Source: an uncultured Coriobacteriaceae bacterium (lineage in GTDB: Bacteria > Actinomycetota > Coriobacteriia > Coriobacteriales > Atopobiaceae). From it: a stretch of DNA of 24,000 bases. Position numbers and translations under genes: made by a program. The DNA lies in assembly GCA_902779675.1 (NCBI GenBank), contig CACZCK010000029.1, positions 613 through 24,612 on the forward strand. Direction: 5' to 3'. The notes beneath the pieces were generated by a model. It saw only the letters and a list, made by a program, of their open reading frames with translations, was not told where the DNA came from and did not search any database. This document shows, one piece after another, positions 14,381 through 22,746 of the stretch (its first letter is position 1; every line of letters starts with the position of its first letter).

Positions 14381-16405
14381 ATGCCCGACACCTCCGCTCG
14401 TCCCACCTTCCCCAAGCGCGCCGTCATCACCGGCGGCATGCCCTATGGCAACAAGAACCTCCACTTTGGCCACATCGGTGGCGTCTTCGTACCCGCCGAC
14501 TTCTTTGCGCGCTTCCTGCGCGACCGTATCGGCGCCCAGAACGTCCTGTTCGTCTCCGGCACCGACTGCTATGGCTCGCCCATCATGGAGGGCTATCGCA
14601 AGAAGGTCGAGGAGGGCTACGAGGGCTCCATCTACGACTACGTCCAGGCCAACCACGAGGACCAGAAGCGCGCGCTCGACCGCTACGGCATCTCACTCGA
14701 CATCTTTGCCGGGTCGGGGCTCGAGCCTGCCAAGCCCTTCCACGCCCAGCTCAGCCATGACCTCATCACGCGCCTTCACGAGCGTGGCTATCTGCGCAAG
14801 ATGTCCACGCGCCAGTTCTACGACACCAAGGCGGAGCAGTTCCTCAACGGCCGTCAGGTTATTGGTCGCTGCCCTGTGCAGGGCTGCAAGAGCGAGAAGG
14901 CCTACGCCGACGAGTGCGACCTGGGCCACCAATTTGACCCCGAGGAGCTGATTGCCCCCATCTCGCAGCTCACTGGCACCGCGCCCGAGCTGCGCCCGGT
15001 TGACAACTGGTACTTTGACCTGCCCGCCTTCCGTCAGAGTCTCGAGAAGCTCATGGACGAGTGGGACGCCGACCCGCAGGTGCGCGCCATCGTGACGCAG
15101 ACCGTGCGCGAGTCGCTCGTTGACCCGGTCATCTACATCCAGAACAAGTTCCGCGCCGACTTCGAGGCCATCGAGGGGGGCCTGCCCGCCCACGAGATCA
15201 TCGAGCCGCAGGGCAACCAGTCGTCCTTCCAGGTCTCCTTTGGCAACTGGCAGGACCGCGACGCCGCCCGCGAGCGCCTCGAGGAGGCGGGCGTGCGCTT
15301 CCGCACGGGCAAGACGCTGCTGCCCTTCCGTCTGACGGGCAACATCGACTGGGGCGTGCCCGCGCCTGACCTCGAGGACGTCACCGGCCTCACCGTGTGG
15401 GTCTGGCCCGAGAGCCTCTGGGCCCCCATCTCCTTCGTGCAGACCGTATTGGACGGCGCCCCCGAGGGCCGCTACAGCTCGCGCGACTGGCACGACTGGT
15501 GGTGCGCCGACGATGCCCGCGTGTTCCAGTTCATCGGACAGGACAACATCTACTTCTACTGCGTGGCGCAGCCCGCGATGTGGGAGGCGCTGGACTGGGG
15601 CCTGTTCCAGGACACCCCCATCGCCAACTACCACATCCTGTTCATGAACAAGAAGGCCTCGAGCTCCGGCGCAATCAAACCGCCCATGGCCGAGGAGCTG
15701 CTCGACTTCTACACCCCCGAGCAGCTGCGCTGTCATTGGCTCAACCTGGGCCTCAGCCAGAAGGCCGTGAGCTTCAGCCCCAAGGCCTTCGACACCAGCG
15801 TGAGCCACAAGAACAAGAAGACCGGCGAGGAGGTGCTGGTCAAGGACGACCCGCGTGTGGCCGACCCCGCCCTCAAGGAGAGCGCCTTCCTCACCAACAT
15901 CTTCAACCGCCTGGCACGCAGCTGCCTCTATGGCGCCGGCAACGTGTGCGCCGGCCACCTGCCCACCATCGAGGCCGACGCCGACGTGCTCGATGCCTGT
16001 GAGCAGGCTACGCTCGCCTTCGAGCGTGCAGCCCACGGGTTCGACGCCCACGGCGCGCTTGCCGTGGCCGAGGAGTTCTGCCGCGCCGCCAACAAGCGCT
16101 GGGGCGACGAGAGCAAGGCAGCCAAGGGCGACGACGCAGCCTACGAGCACGCACTGGCCAACGCCTTCGCCGCACTGCGCACCACCACGCTGCTCATGCA
16201 CGCCGCTGCCCCCATGGGCTGCGAGCTGATCTGCGAGCACCTGGGCTTCGACAAGGACGTCTTCTTCTCGTGGGAGCACGCCTTCGAGACGCCCAGGCAG
16301 CTGGCGGAGGCGCTGGGCGAGACCGCCGAGAGCCACGCGATCGTGGAGCTGCCTCCGCGCTTCGACTTCTTCCGCGCCCACGAGAGCCAGGGCAAGAAGG
16401 GCTAA
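14381..16405 (+). CDS. metG: Methionine--tRNA ligase-like class I aminoacyl-tRNA synthetase (674 aa)
   Basis: The HIGH region is PYGNKNLHFGHIGGVFVPADFFARFLR, followed by GTDCYGSPI. It has a Zn-knuckle-like CPVQGCKSEKAYADECDLGH, then WYFDLPAF and FIGQDNIYFYCVAQPAMW. The KMSKS position reads NKKASSSG. ATG 14381 lies 5 nt after AAGGGAG. The ORF-track start at 14294 falls inside the upstream hairpin. Confidence 0.85.
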   Translation: MPDTSARPTFPKRAVITGGMPYGNKNLHFGHIGGVFVPADFFARFLRDRIGAQNVLFVSGTDCYGSPIMEGYRKKVEEGYEGSIYDYVQANHEDQKRALDRYGISLDIFAGSGLEPAKPFHAQLSHDLITRLHERGYLRKMSTRQFYDTKAEQFLNGRQVIGRCPVQGCKSEKAYADECDLGHQFDPEELIAPISQLTGTAPELRPVDNWYFDLPAFRQSLEKLMDEWDADPQVRAIVTQTVRESLVDPVIYIQNKFRADFEAIEGGLPAHEIIEPQGNQSSFQVSFGNWQDRDAARERLEEAGVRFRTGKTLLPFRLTGNIDWGVPAPDLEDVTGLTVWVWPESLWAPISFVQTVLDGAPEGRYSSRDWHDWWCADDARVFQFIGQDNIYFYCVAQPAMWEALDWGLFQDTPIANYHILFMNKKASSSGAIKPPMAEELLDFYTPEQLRCHWLNLGLSQKAVSFSPKAFDTSVSHKNKKTGEEVLVKDDPRVADPALKESAFLTNIFNRLARSCLYGAGNVCAGHLPTIEADADVLDACEQATLAFERAAHGFDAHGALAVAEEFCRAANKRWGDESKAAKGDDAAYEHALANAFAALRTTTLLMHAAAPMGCELICEHLGFDKDVFFSWEHAFETPRQLAEALGETAESHAIVELPPRFDFFRAHESQGKKG

Positions 16406-16426
16406 CCCGCACGCACCGTCCAACCA

Positions 16427-16450
16427 GGGCCAGCGCCGACACGCTGGCCC
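16427..16450 (+). terminator. Hairpin after metG
   Basis: GGGCCAGCG (16427-16435) pairs with CGCTGGCCC (16442-16450) around a 6-nt loop, followed by a weak tail TTCTCAT. Confidence 0.5.
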
Positions 16451-16468
16451 TTCTCATAAGGAGACATC

Positions 16469-17326
16469 ATGGCTGCCGTCCCTCCCCGCGTTCACTTTCC
16501 CAGCCCCTACGAGACGCCCACCATCGAGCCCACCTACGCCGAGCAGGTGTCCATGCCCGATGGCGCGCTGATCGCAACCTTCGTGTATGGCCGGCTCGGC
16601 TCGCTGGCATCCAGCTCCGCACCCGTACTGATGCTGCACGGCAACGGCGAGGAGCACGGGATCTTTGGCCCAACCATCGATGCGGCGGTCGCCGCGGGCA
16701 ACCCGGTGGTGGCCATCGACTCCCGCGCCCAGGGCAAGAGCACCCGTGGCACCGCACCGCTCACCTACGAGCTGATGGCGTCCGACTCGCTTGCCGTGCT
16801 CGACGCGCTCGGCGTCCCCGAGGCGCATGTCCTGGGCTTCTCGGACGGTGGCATCGAGGCCCTGCTGCTGGCGCGCGACCACGCGGAGCGAGTGCGCAGC
16901 CTCACGGTGCTGGGAGCCAACCTCACCCCCGAGGGCGTGATCGAGGACGAAGAGTGGGACGTCGCCGGCAGCATCGAGGCCAACCGCACCTGGAACGCCC
17001 GCTGGACCACGGCACCCGTGCCCGGGATCAACCCCGAGCTGCTGACCCCCACCCCCACCGAGGCGGCGGTGACCGCCGAGCTGCTGCAGCTCATGCTCGA
17101 TGAGCCGCACATCTCCGCACAGAGTCTGACGGCCATCAGCTGCCCGACTACCATCATGGTGGGCGAGTTCGACTGCATCGTGCCAAGCGAGACGGAGGCC
17201 ATCTGCCACGCCATCGACGGGGCGCGCCTCGTGGTGGTCCCCGAGGAGGGACACACCCTTCCCAAGCAGGTCCCCGAGCTCGTCACCCAGGAGCTGCTCG
17301 CCACCATCGCACGGGCCTCCCGCTAG
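16469..17326 (+). CDS. Alpha/beta-fold hydrolase
   Basis: It has VLMLHGNGEEHGIF, the nucleophile elbow HVLGFSDGGIEALL (GxSxG) and a C-terminal EEGHTLP. The SD AAGGAG lies 5 nt upstream. Confidence 0.85.
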   Translation: MAAVPPRVHFPSPYETPTIEPTYAEQVSMPDGALIATFVYGRLGSLASSSAPVLMLHGNGEEHGIFGPTIDAAVAAGNPVVAIDSRAQGKSTRGTAPLTYELMASDSLAVLDALGVPEAHVLGFSDGGIEALLLARDHAERVRSLTVLGANLTPEGVIEDEEWDVAGSIEANRTWNARWTTAPVPGINPELLTPTPTEAAVTAELLQLMLDEPHISAQSLTAISCPTTIMVGEFDCIVPSETEAICHAIDGARLVVVPEEGHTLPKQVPELVTQELLATIARASR

Positions 17327-17330
17327 GACC

Positions 17331-17365
17331 CCTCGCGCAAAAGGGAGTATCCCTTTCGCGCGAGG
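17331..17365 (+). terminator. 16-bp hairpin after the hydrolase gene
   Basis: CCTCGCGCAAAAGGGA-GTA-TCCCTTTCGCGCGAGG forms the hairpin with one mismatch. No U-tract follows. Confidence 0.45.
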
Positions 17366-17398
17366 TGATTCGCATGCCGCGTGGGTGCGCGTAGAGAT

Positions 17399-17437
17399 TG
17401 TGGCCATCGGCCACACGTGCGCCTTCCCTGCTATAGT
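17399..17437 (+). promoter_or_regulatory. Palindrome plus -10-like hexamer upstream of the GtrA-family gene
   Basis: TGTGGCC-ATC-GGCCACA lies at 17399-17415 and TATAGT at 17432-17437. ATG 17462 lies 24 nt further on. Confidence 0.25.
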
Positions 17438-17461
17438 CACCTACTTAAAGAAAGGGGGGCC

Positions 17462-18031
17462 ATGGCTCGAAAGCGGCATACCGGCACGCGTCTGCGCATG
17501 CGGGTCGAGGGAAGGGTGGCGCAGGCCAAGCGGCGTGCGGCGGCCAACGCTACACCCGTGCCGTCAGGCGGACGCGTCGCCCGGTTCCTGCGCTTCATGG
17601 GATCCTCGCTCGCCTGCACCGTCATCGACCAGGTGCTGGCCGGCGTCCTGTTCCTACTCCTTCGCAAGCCCATGAGAGGCATGGGGTTCCTGCGCATCCT
17701 CGTGGGAACCGTCATCGCGCGCGTCGTCTCGCAGACGGTCAACTACTCCCTCAACCACCGGCTCGTCTTTGCTGGCGGAAGTGCCCAGGCGCAACGTCCC
17801 TCCCGACGCGAGAGCCTGCCGCGCTTCCTCGCGGTCGCAGCCTTCGTGCTCTCGCTCTCCACCTTGGGTGTCTACCTGCTGCACACCCGCTTTGGCATCG
17901 TGGAGCCTGTCGCCAAGGTCGGCGTCGACGCCACGCTCTTCTTTCTCAACTACTACCTGCAGCGCAACTGGGTGTTTACCACCGAACCCACCATCAGTCC
18001 GCGCAAGGCACTCAAGAGACCTCGGAGCTAG
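17462..18031 (+). CDS. GtrA-family membrane protein
   Basis: It has FLRFMGSSLACTVIDQVLAGVLF, VNYSLNHRLVF and FFLNYYLQRNWVF across four hydrophobic segments. ATG 17462 lies 2 nt after AAAGGGGGG. Its 3' end overlaps the convergent kinase gene by 20 nt. Confidence 0.8.
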   Translation: MARKRHTGTRLRMRVEGRVAQAKRRAAANATPVPSGGRVARFLRFMGSSLACTVIDQVLAGVLFLLLRKPMRGMGFLRILVGTVIARVVSQTVNYSLNHRLVFAGGSAQAQRPSRRESLPRFLAVAAFVLSLSTLGVYLLHTRFGIVEPVAKVGVDATLFFLNYYLQRNWVFTTEPTISPRKALKRPRS

Positions 18032-19442
18032 GCGGGAGCGACGACGGGTCCTGCGCAGGGAAGCGCACAGTCACCGTGGTACCTACGTCCGTCTTGCTCG
18101 TGAGCGAGACCTCCGCCCCGTGCAGGTTTGCCGCGTGCTTGACGATGGCAAGGCCCAGGCCCGTGCCCCCACTCGCACGAGATCGCGACGCCTCAACGCG
18201 ATAGAATCGCTCGAACACCTTGACCTGCGACTCCTCGGGTATGCCGATGCCCGTGTCGGTCACCGATACCACCGGCTGGCCCTCCTCGAGCCCCACGCTC
18301 AGCACGACCTCGCCACCCTCCCGGTTATAGCGAATGGCGTTGCTGCAGAGATTGGCCACCATCTCATCGATGAGATGGGGAAAGCCCTGGACTGTGACCG
18401 CCTCGCCCTGCACCTCCAGACCGACGCCCAGACGGTCCGCACGGCCACCCATGCGCTCGGCCACATCGCGGCAGAGGGTGAGCAGGTTCACCGGCTCGGC
18501 GGTGCCAAAGAGCTCCTGGCTCTGGGCACGCTCCGACTCGTCGAGCCGCGAGAGGGTGAGAATGTCGTTGACGAGCGCGGAAAGGCGCTGCGACTCGTCG
18601 TTGATACGCGCTGCGAAACCGGGGATATCCTCCTCGAGCACAAAGCCGTCGCGCATCAGCTCGGAGGCGCCCATGATCGAGGCGATGGGCGTCTTGAGCT
18701 CGTGGGTCACGTTGGCGGTGAACTCGCGACGCAGCGCGTCCATGCTCTTGAGCTCGTCCATCTGCCGCAGCAGCTCGGCCTGCTGCAGGGCGAGGCGGTC
18801 GGTGAGCGGCTGCAGCTCCTCGTAGGGAGCCTCGTTGGTGAGCCGCGACGCATCGATCTGCAGGATGGGCTTGACCAGCCGCGACGCGAGTATGCGCGAT
18901 GCGACCCACGACACAGCCACCAGGCCCAGCAGAATCAGAGCGAGGATGCCCATGTCGCCCAGCAGCACGAACAGGATGCCCGCCCGGTCGACCGAGAGGC
19001 GGATAACGTTACCCGATGCGAGCAGGCGCGCCTGGTAGAGGCTCACATTGCCGAGCGTATCGCTCGCGCGCACCGACGACCCGCTTCCCTCCCTGAAGGC
19101 GGAGACGATCTCGGGCCTGCTTCCGTGGCCCACCAGCGTGGCGGGTTCCACGAGGCTGTCGAAGAGCACCTGCCCGTCGGGCGTCACCAGGGTCGCGCGC
19201 ATCTCGCCAAGCTCGAGCGACCCAAGCTCCGCGACCTCGTCGGCAGAGGCGTCGAGCGTCGAGGCGACCACCTCGCACTCGTGCCCGAGCTCGACCTGAG
19301 CCTCCCCCATCACCGTGGCCTGATGCAGCAGCGCTGAGGCGATGGTCGCGATGGTCGCCGAGAGCACCGAGATGGTGAGCAGCGTGGTGAACATCCGGTC
19401 CGCAAGCGTGATGCGCGCGCCCGGCGCCTGCCTGCTGGCCAT
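18012..19442 (-). CDS. Sensor histidine kinase (two TM segments, extracytoplasmic domain, HisKA plus HATPase_c)
   Basis: The H-box is FTANVTHELKTPIASI, the N-box is NLCSNAIRYN, and the G-boxes are TDTGIGIP and GGTGLGLAIVKH. Confidence 0.9.
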   Translation of the reverse strand: MASRQAPGARITLADRMFTTLLTISVLSATIATIASALLHQATVMGEAQVELGHECEVVASTLDASADEVAELGSLELGEMRATLVTPDGQVLFDSLVEPATLVGHGSRPEIVSAFREGSGSSVRASDTLGNVSLYQARLLASGNVIRLSVDRAGILFVLLGDMGILALILLGLVAVSWVASRILASRLVKPILQIDASRLTNEAPYEELQPLTDRLALQQAELLRQMDELKSMDALRREFTANVTHELKTPIASIMGASELMRDGFVLEEDIPGFAARINDESQRLSALVNDILTLSRLDESERAQSQELFGTAEPVNLLTLCRDVAERMGGRADRLGVGLEVQGEAVTVQGFPHLIDEMVANLCSNAIRYNREGGEVVLSVGLEEGQPVVSVTDTGIGIPEESQVKVFERFYRVEASRSRASGGTGLGLAIVKHAANLHGAEVSLTSKTDVGTTVTVRFPAQDPSSLPPSSEVS

Positions 19443-19445
19443 GGG

Positions 19446-20120
19446 CTACCCCTGGATCCGATAGCCCACGCCGCGGACCGTCTGGATGAGGCCCGCGCTC
19501 TCACCGAGCTTGGACCGCAGCGTCTGCACGTGGACGTCGACCGTGCGAGAGCCGCCGTCGAAGTCCCAGCCCCAGACGCGCCGCAGCAACGTCTCGCGCG
19601 AGAACACCTCGCCTGGCGAGCCCATCAGAAAGGCAAGCAGATCGAACTCGCGCATGGTGAGCGAGAGCGGCTGGCCGTCGAGCTCGGCCGTGCGGCGCGA
19701 GGGCCACAGCTTGACCAGACCCACCTCGAGCGGAGCGCTGGGCTCCTGTAGGCTTCGGTTGGAGCGCCTGAGCAGCGCGCGAACCCTGCTGACCATCTCC
19801 ATCATGCCGAAGGGCTTTGCCAGATAGTCGTCGGCGCCGCCGTCGAGGGCACGCACGGTGTCGAGCTCGCTGTCCTTGGCAGTGAGCATCATGACCGGAA
19901 CGTTGCGCATCTCCCTGCTGTGACGGATGCGCGCCAGAATGGCCAGGCCGTCGGTATCGGGAAGCATGATGTCGAGCAGCACGGCATCGGGCAGCCGCTC
20001 GGCACACGCCTGCCGGAACTCGGCGTCATCGGCGCATCCGCGTGCCTCGAGCCCCGCCTGCGTGAGCGCGTACACGGTGAGCTCACGGATGTTGGTGTCG
20101 TCCTCGACGTAATAGATCAT
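19446..20120 (-). CDS. OmpR/PhoB-family response regulator
   Basis: The receiver domain has MIYYVEDD, LLDIMLPDTDGL and MLTAKD. The winged-helix domain has VDVHVQTLRSKLG and IQTVRGVGYRI. ATG 20120 lies 5 nt after GAGGAGGG; the ORF-track start at 20147 is less likely. Confidence 0.93.
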   Translation of the reverse strand: MIYYVEDDTNIRELTVYALTQAGLEARGCADDAEFRQACAERLPDAVLLDIMLPDTDGLAILARIRHSREMRNVPVMMLTAKDSELDTVRALDGGADDYLAKPFGMMEMVSRVRALLRRSNRSLQEPSAPLEVGLVKLWPSRRTAELDGQPLSLTMREFDLLAFLMGSPGEVFSRETLLRRVWGWDFDGGSRTVDVHVQTLRSKLGESAGLIQTVRGVGYRIQG

Positions 20121-20177
20121 GGTGCCCTCCTCGTCTCGCGTTCCCATTGTATCGCGCCGAGCGCGAGTGCCCCCTCC

Positions 20178-20195
20178 CCTTACAGCCCCCTTACA
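20178..20195. promoter_or_regulatory. Direct repeat CCTTACA x2 at 11-bp phasing (candidate response-regulator box)
   Basis: CCTTACA occurs at 20178-20184 and again at 20189-20195, 58-75 bp upstream of the regulator start. OmpR/PhoB proteins typically bind direct repeats one helical turn apart. Confidence 0.3.
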
Positions 20196-20271
20196 TGCAC
20201 TTGTCTACAGCCTTTCGTTAGCCCCACCTGCACGATAATCGCTAGGTACCATGAAATATTCTCTCGGTACC

Positions 20272-20299
20272 TTGACATTCTCTATGGGAGGCATATCGT
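20272..20299 (+). promoter_or_regulatory. Candidate promoter of the MarR-ABC operon
   Basis: TTGACA (20272-20277) is followed by a 16-nt spacer and TATCGT (20294-20299). Two GGTACC sites 21 bp apart flank AAATATT just upstream and may be an operator. Confidence 0.35.
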
Positions 20300-20329
20300 A
20301 GAGATGGCCAAACAGGAGAAGGGAGCGGT

Positions 20330-20782
20330 ATGACAGACACGCCTGCCACCAGCCTGCCCCTGCCTCGCCACGTGCTGCATGACCTCGGCTTCTTTGGCCA
20401 TTACCTGCACCTCCATGCCGGAGGGCGCAGCGGCCAGCAGCACATCCTCGTCAAGCTCCACAAGAGCGGCGGACACATGACCCAAAGGGACCTCCAGGAG
20501 GCGGCTGGCATCAGCTCTGCCTCCATATCGGAGGTGCTCTCCAAGCTCGAGTGCGCCGGGCTCATCACCAGGACGAGGTCGGACGAGGACCGCAGGCAGC
20601 TGGACATCGCCCTCACACAGGAGGGCACCACCCGCGCCGAGGAGCTCATCGAGCGGCGGCGGGAGTTCGAGAGGCAATGCCTCTCGTGCCTCAGCGAGCA
20701 GGAGCAGGAGCAGCTCGTCACGTTGTTGGATCGCCTCGCCGAGCACTGGCGGGGCCTAGAGGGAGAGGGGGCATGCGCATGA
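20330..20782 (+). CDS. MarR-family transcriptional regulator
   Basis: It has the winged-HTH sequence MTQRDLQEAAGISSASISEVLSKLECAGLITRTRSDEDRRQLDIALTQEG. The SD GGAGAAGGGAG lies upstream. Confidence 0.9.
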   Translation: MTDTPATSLPLPRHVLHDLGFFGHYLHLHAGGRSGQQHILVKLHKSGGHMTQRDLQEAAGISSASISEVLSKLECAGLITRTRSDEDRRQLDIALTQEGTTRAEELIERRREFERQCLSCLSEQEQEQLVTLLDRLAEHWRGLEGEGACA

Positions 20783-22746
20783 GCCAACCGCAAGAGAAGA
20801 CCATGTCGCATCTGACGCTGGGGGAGATCTTCAAGACCCTCGGCGGGTCCATTCGTGAGAACAAGCGCAATTCCATCATCGCGCCGGTGTTCGTGTTGGG
20901 AGAGGTCATCATCGAATGCGCCATTCCCTTCATCACCGCGCGTCTGATCAACGAGATGAGCGCCGGGTGCGGCATCGACGTCATCGCGCGCTACGGCATC
21001 GTGCTCACCATCATGGCCCTCATCAGCCTGGCGTGCGGCACCATCGCCGGCATCGCGGCCTCCATCGCCTCGACCGGTTTCGCACGCAACCTGCGCCACG
21101 ACATGTTCGCATCCATCCAGCGGTTCAGCTTCTCCAACATCGACCGCTTTAGCACCAACTCGCTGGTCACGCGCCTCACCACCGACACGCAGAACGTGCA
21201 GATGGCCTACATGCAGATCATCCGCTCCGCGGTGCGCAGCCCCATGATGATCATCTTTGCCGCTACCATGGCCTTCATCACCGGCGGCAGGATGGCCGTC
21301 GTCTACGTCATCGTGGGATTCCTACTTGGCTTTGCCCTCATCAGCATCGCCCGCACCGTCATGCCCATCTTCCGCCGCATCTTCAAGAGGTACGACGCCC
21401 TCAACGAGAGTGTCGAGGAGAACGTCACCGGCATCCGCGTGGTCAAGAGCTTCGTGCGCGAGGAGTACGAGAACAAGAAGTTCCAGAAGGCCTCCGGCGA
21501 GGTGTTCCAGGACTTCTGGGGCGCCGAGCGCATCCTGGCCTGGAACCAGCCCATCATGACCTTTGCCGTCGACACCATCTACGCCTTCGTCGTCTACTTC
21601 GGCAGCAAGACCATCGTCAGCACGGCCGGTGCCGCCATGAACGTCGGCCAGATGTCGGCGCTCATCACCTACGGCTTCTCCATGCTCATGAGCCTCAATA
21701 TGCTCTCCATGATCTTCGTCATGATCACCATGGCCGAGGAGAGCTCGCGGCGCATCTGCGAGGTCCTGCTCGAGCAGCCCGACCTCGCCAACCCCGCCAA
21801 CCCCGTCTATGAGGTGGCCGACGGCTCCATCGACTTCGACAACGTGAGCTTCGCCTATCACCCGGAGAGCGGTCGCTACGCCCTGCACGACATCGACCTG
21901 CACATCAAGAGCGGCGAGGTCATCGGCATCATCGGTGGCACCGGCTCGTCGAAGTCGACGCTCATCCAGCTCATCAGCCGCCTGTACGATGCCACCCAGG
22001 GCACCGTGCGCGTGGGCGGGCTCGACGTGCGCGCCTACGACATGGATACCCTGCGCAACGAGGTCGCCGTGGTGCTGCAACGCAACGTGCTGTTCTCCGG
22101 CACCATCAAGGACAACCTGCGCTGGGGCAACGAGCACGCGACCGACGAGGAGCTTGTCGAGGCGTGCAAGCTCGCCCAGGCCGACGAGTTCGTGCAGCAG
22201 TTCCCCGACGGCTACGACACCTACATCGAGCAAGGCGGCACCAACGTCTCCGGCGGCCAGAAGCAGCGCCTGTGCATCGCGCGCGCCTTGCTCAAGAAGC
22301 CCAAGATCCTGATTCTCGACGACTCTACCAGTGCCGTCGACACCAAGACCGACAAGCTCATCCGCGAGGGCTTCCGCAGCTTCATCCCCGAGACCACCAA
22401 GATCATCATCGCCCAGCGCACGGGTTCGGTCGAGGACGCCGACCGCATCATCGTCATGGACGACGGAGGCATCAGCGCCGTGGGCACCCACGAGGAGCTG
22501 CTGCGCACCTCCGAGATCTACCGCGAGGTCTACCTCACCCAGAACAAGGCAAGCCACGACGAGAACGCCATCGTGGCCGAATCCGACAAGGTAACCGTGC
22601 TCGGCAAGGACGAGGTCCACGCGCACGCCGCAGCGGGCGGCAAGGCACCTCAGACCGGCACCTCCGCGCGCGACGGCCTCGCCGCCGAGCAGGAGCTCTC
22701 GGCCTTGGATGGCCAGCTTATGGAGGGAGGCGATCTGAATGCCTAA
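20779..22746 (+). CDS. ABC exporter, fused permease/ATPase subunit 1
   Basis: A six-TM domain is followed by Walker A GGTGSSKST, the signature VSGGQKQRLCIARA and Walker B ILILDDSTSAVD. The start ATG overlaps the marR-like stop (ATGA); ATG 20773 is an alternative. The portion of the ORF-track ORF upstream of this (from 20551) overlaps the MarR gene and is not coding. Confidence 0.93.
   Translation: MSQPQEKTMSHLTLGEIFKTLGGSIRENKRNSIIAPVFVLGEVIIECAIPFITARLINEMSAGCGIDVIARYGIVLTIMALISLACGTIAGIAASIASTGFARNLRHDMFASIQRFSFSNIDRFSTNSLVTRLTTDTQNVQMAYMQIIRSAVRSPMMIIFAATMAFITGGRMAVVYVIVGFLLGFALISIARTVMPIFRRIFKRYDALNESVEENVTGIRVVKSFVREEYENKKFQKASGEVFQDFWGAERILAWNQPIMTFAVDTIYAFVVYFGSKTIVSTAGAAMNVGQMSALITYGFSMLMSLNMLSMIFVMITMAEESSRRICEVLLEQPDLANPANPVYEVADGSIDFDNVSFAYHPESGRYALHDIDLHIKSGEVIGIIGGTGSSKSTLIQLISRLYDATQGTVRVGGLDVRAYDMDTLRNEVAVVLQRNVLFSGTIKDNLRWGNEHATDEELVEACKLAQADEFVQQFPDGYDTYIEQGGTNVSGGQKQRLCIARALLKKPKILILDDSTSAVDTKTDKLIREGFRSFIPETTKIIIAQRTGSVEDADRIIVMDDGGISAVGTHEELLRTSEIYREVYLTQNKASHDENAIVAESDKVTVLGKDEVHAHAAAGGKAPQTGTSARDGLAAEQELSALDGQLMEGGDLNA

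Noticed and set aside
18012-18031. The 3' ends of the GtrA-family gene and the histidine kinase gene overlap convergently by 20 nt.
   Set aside because: The overlap is real in the sequence, but such overlaps are common in compact GC-rich genomes. No additional structure or signal was seen there.
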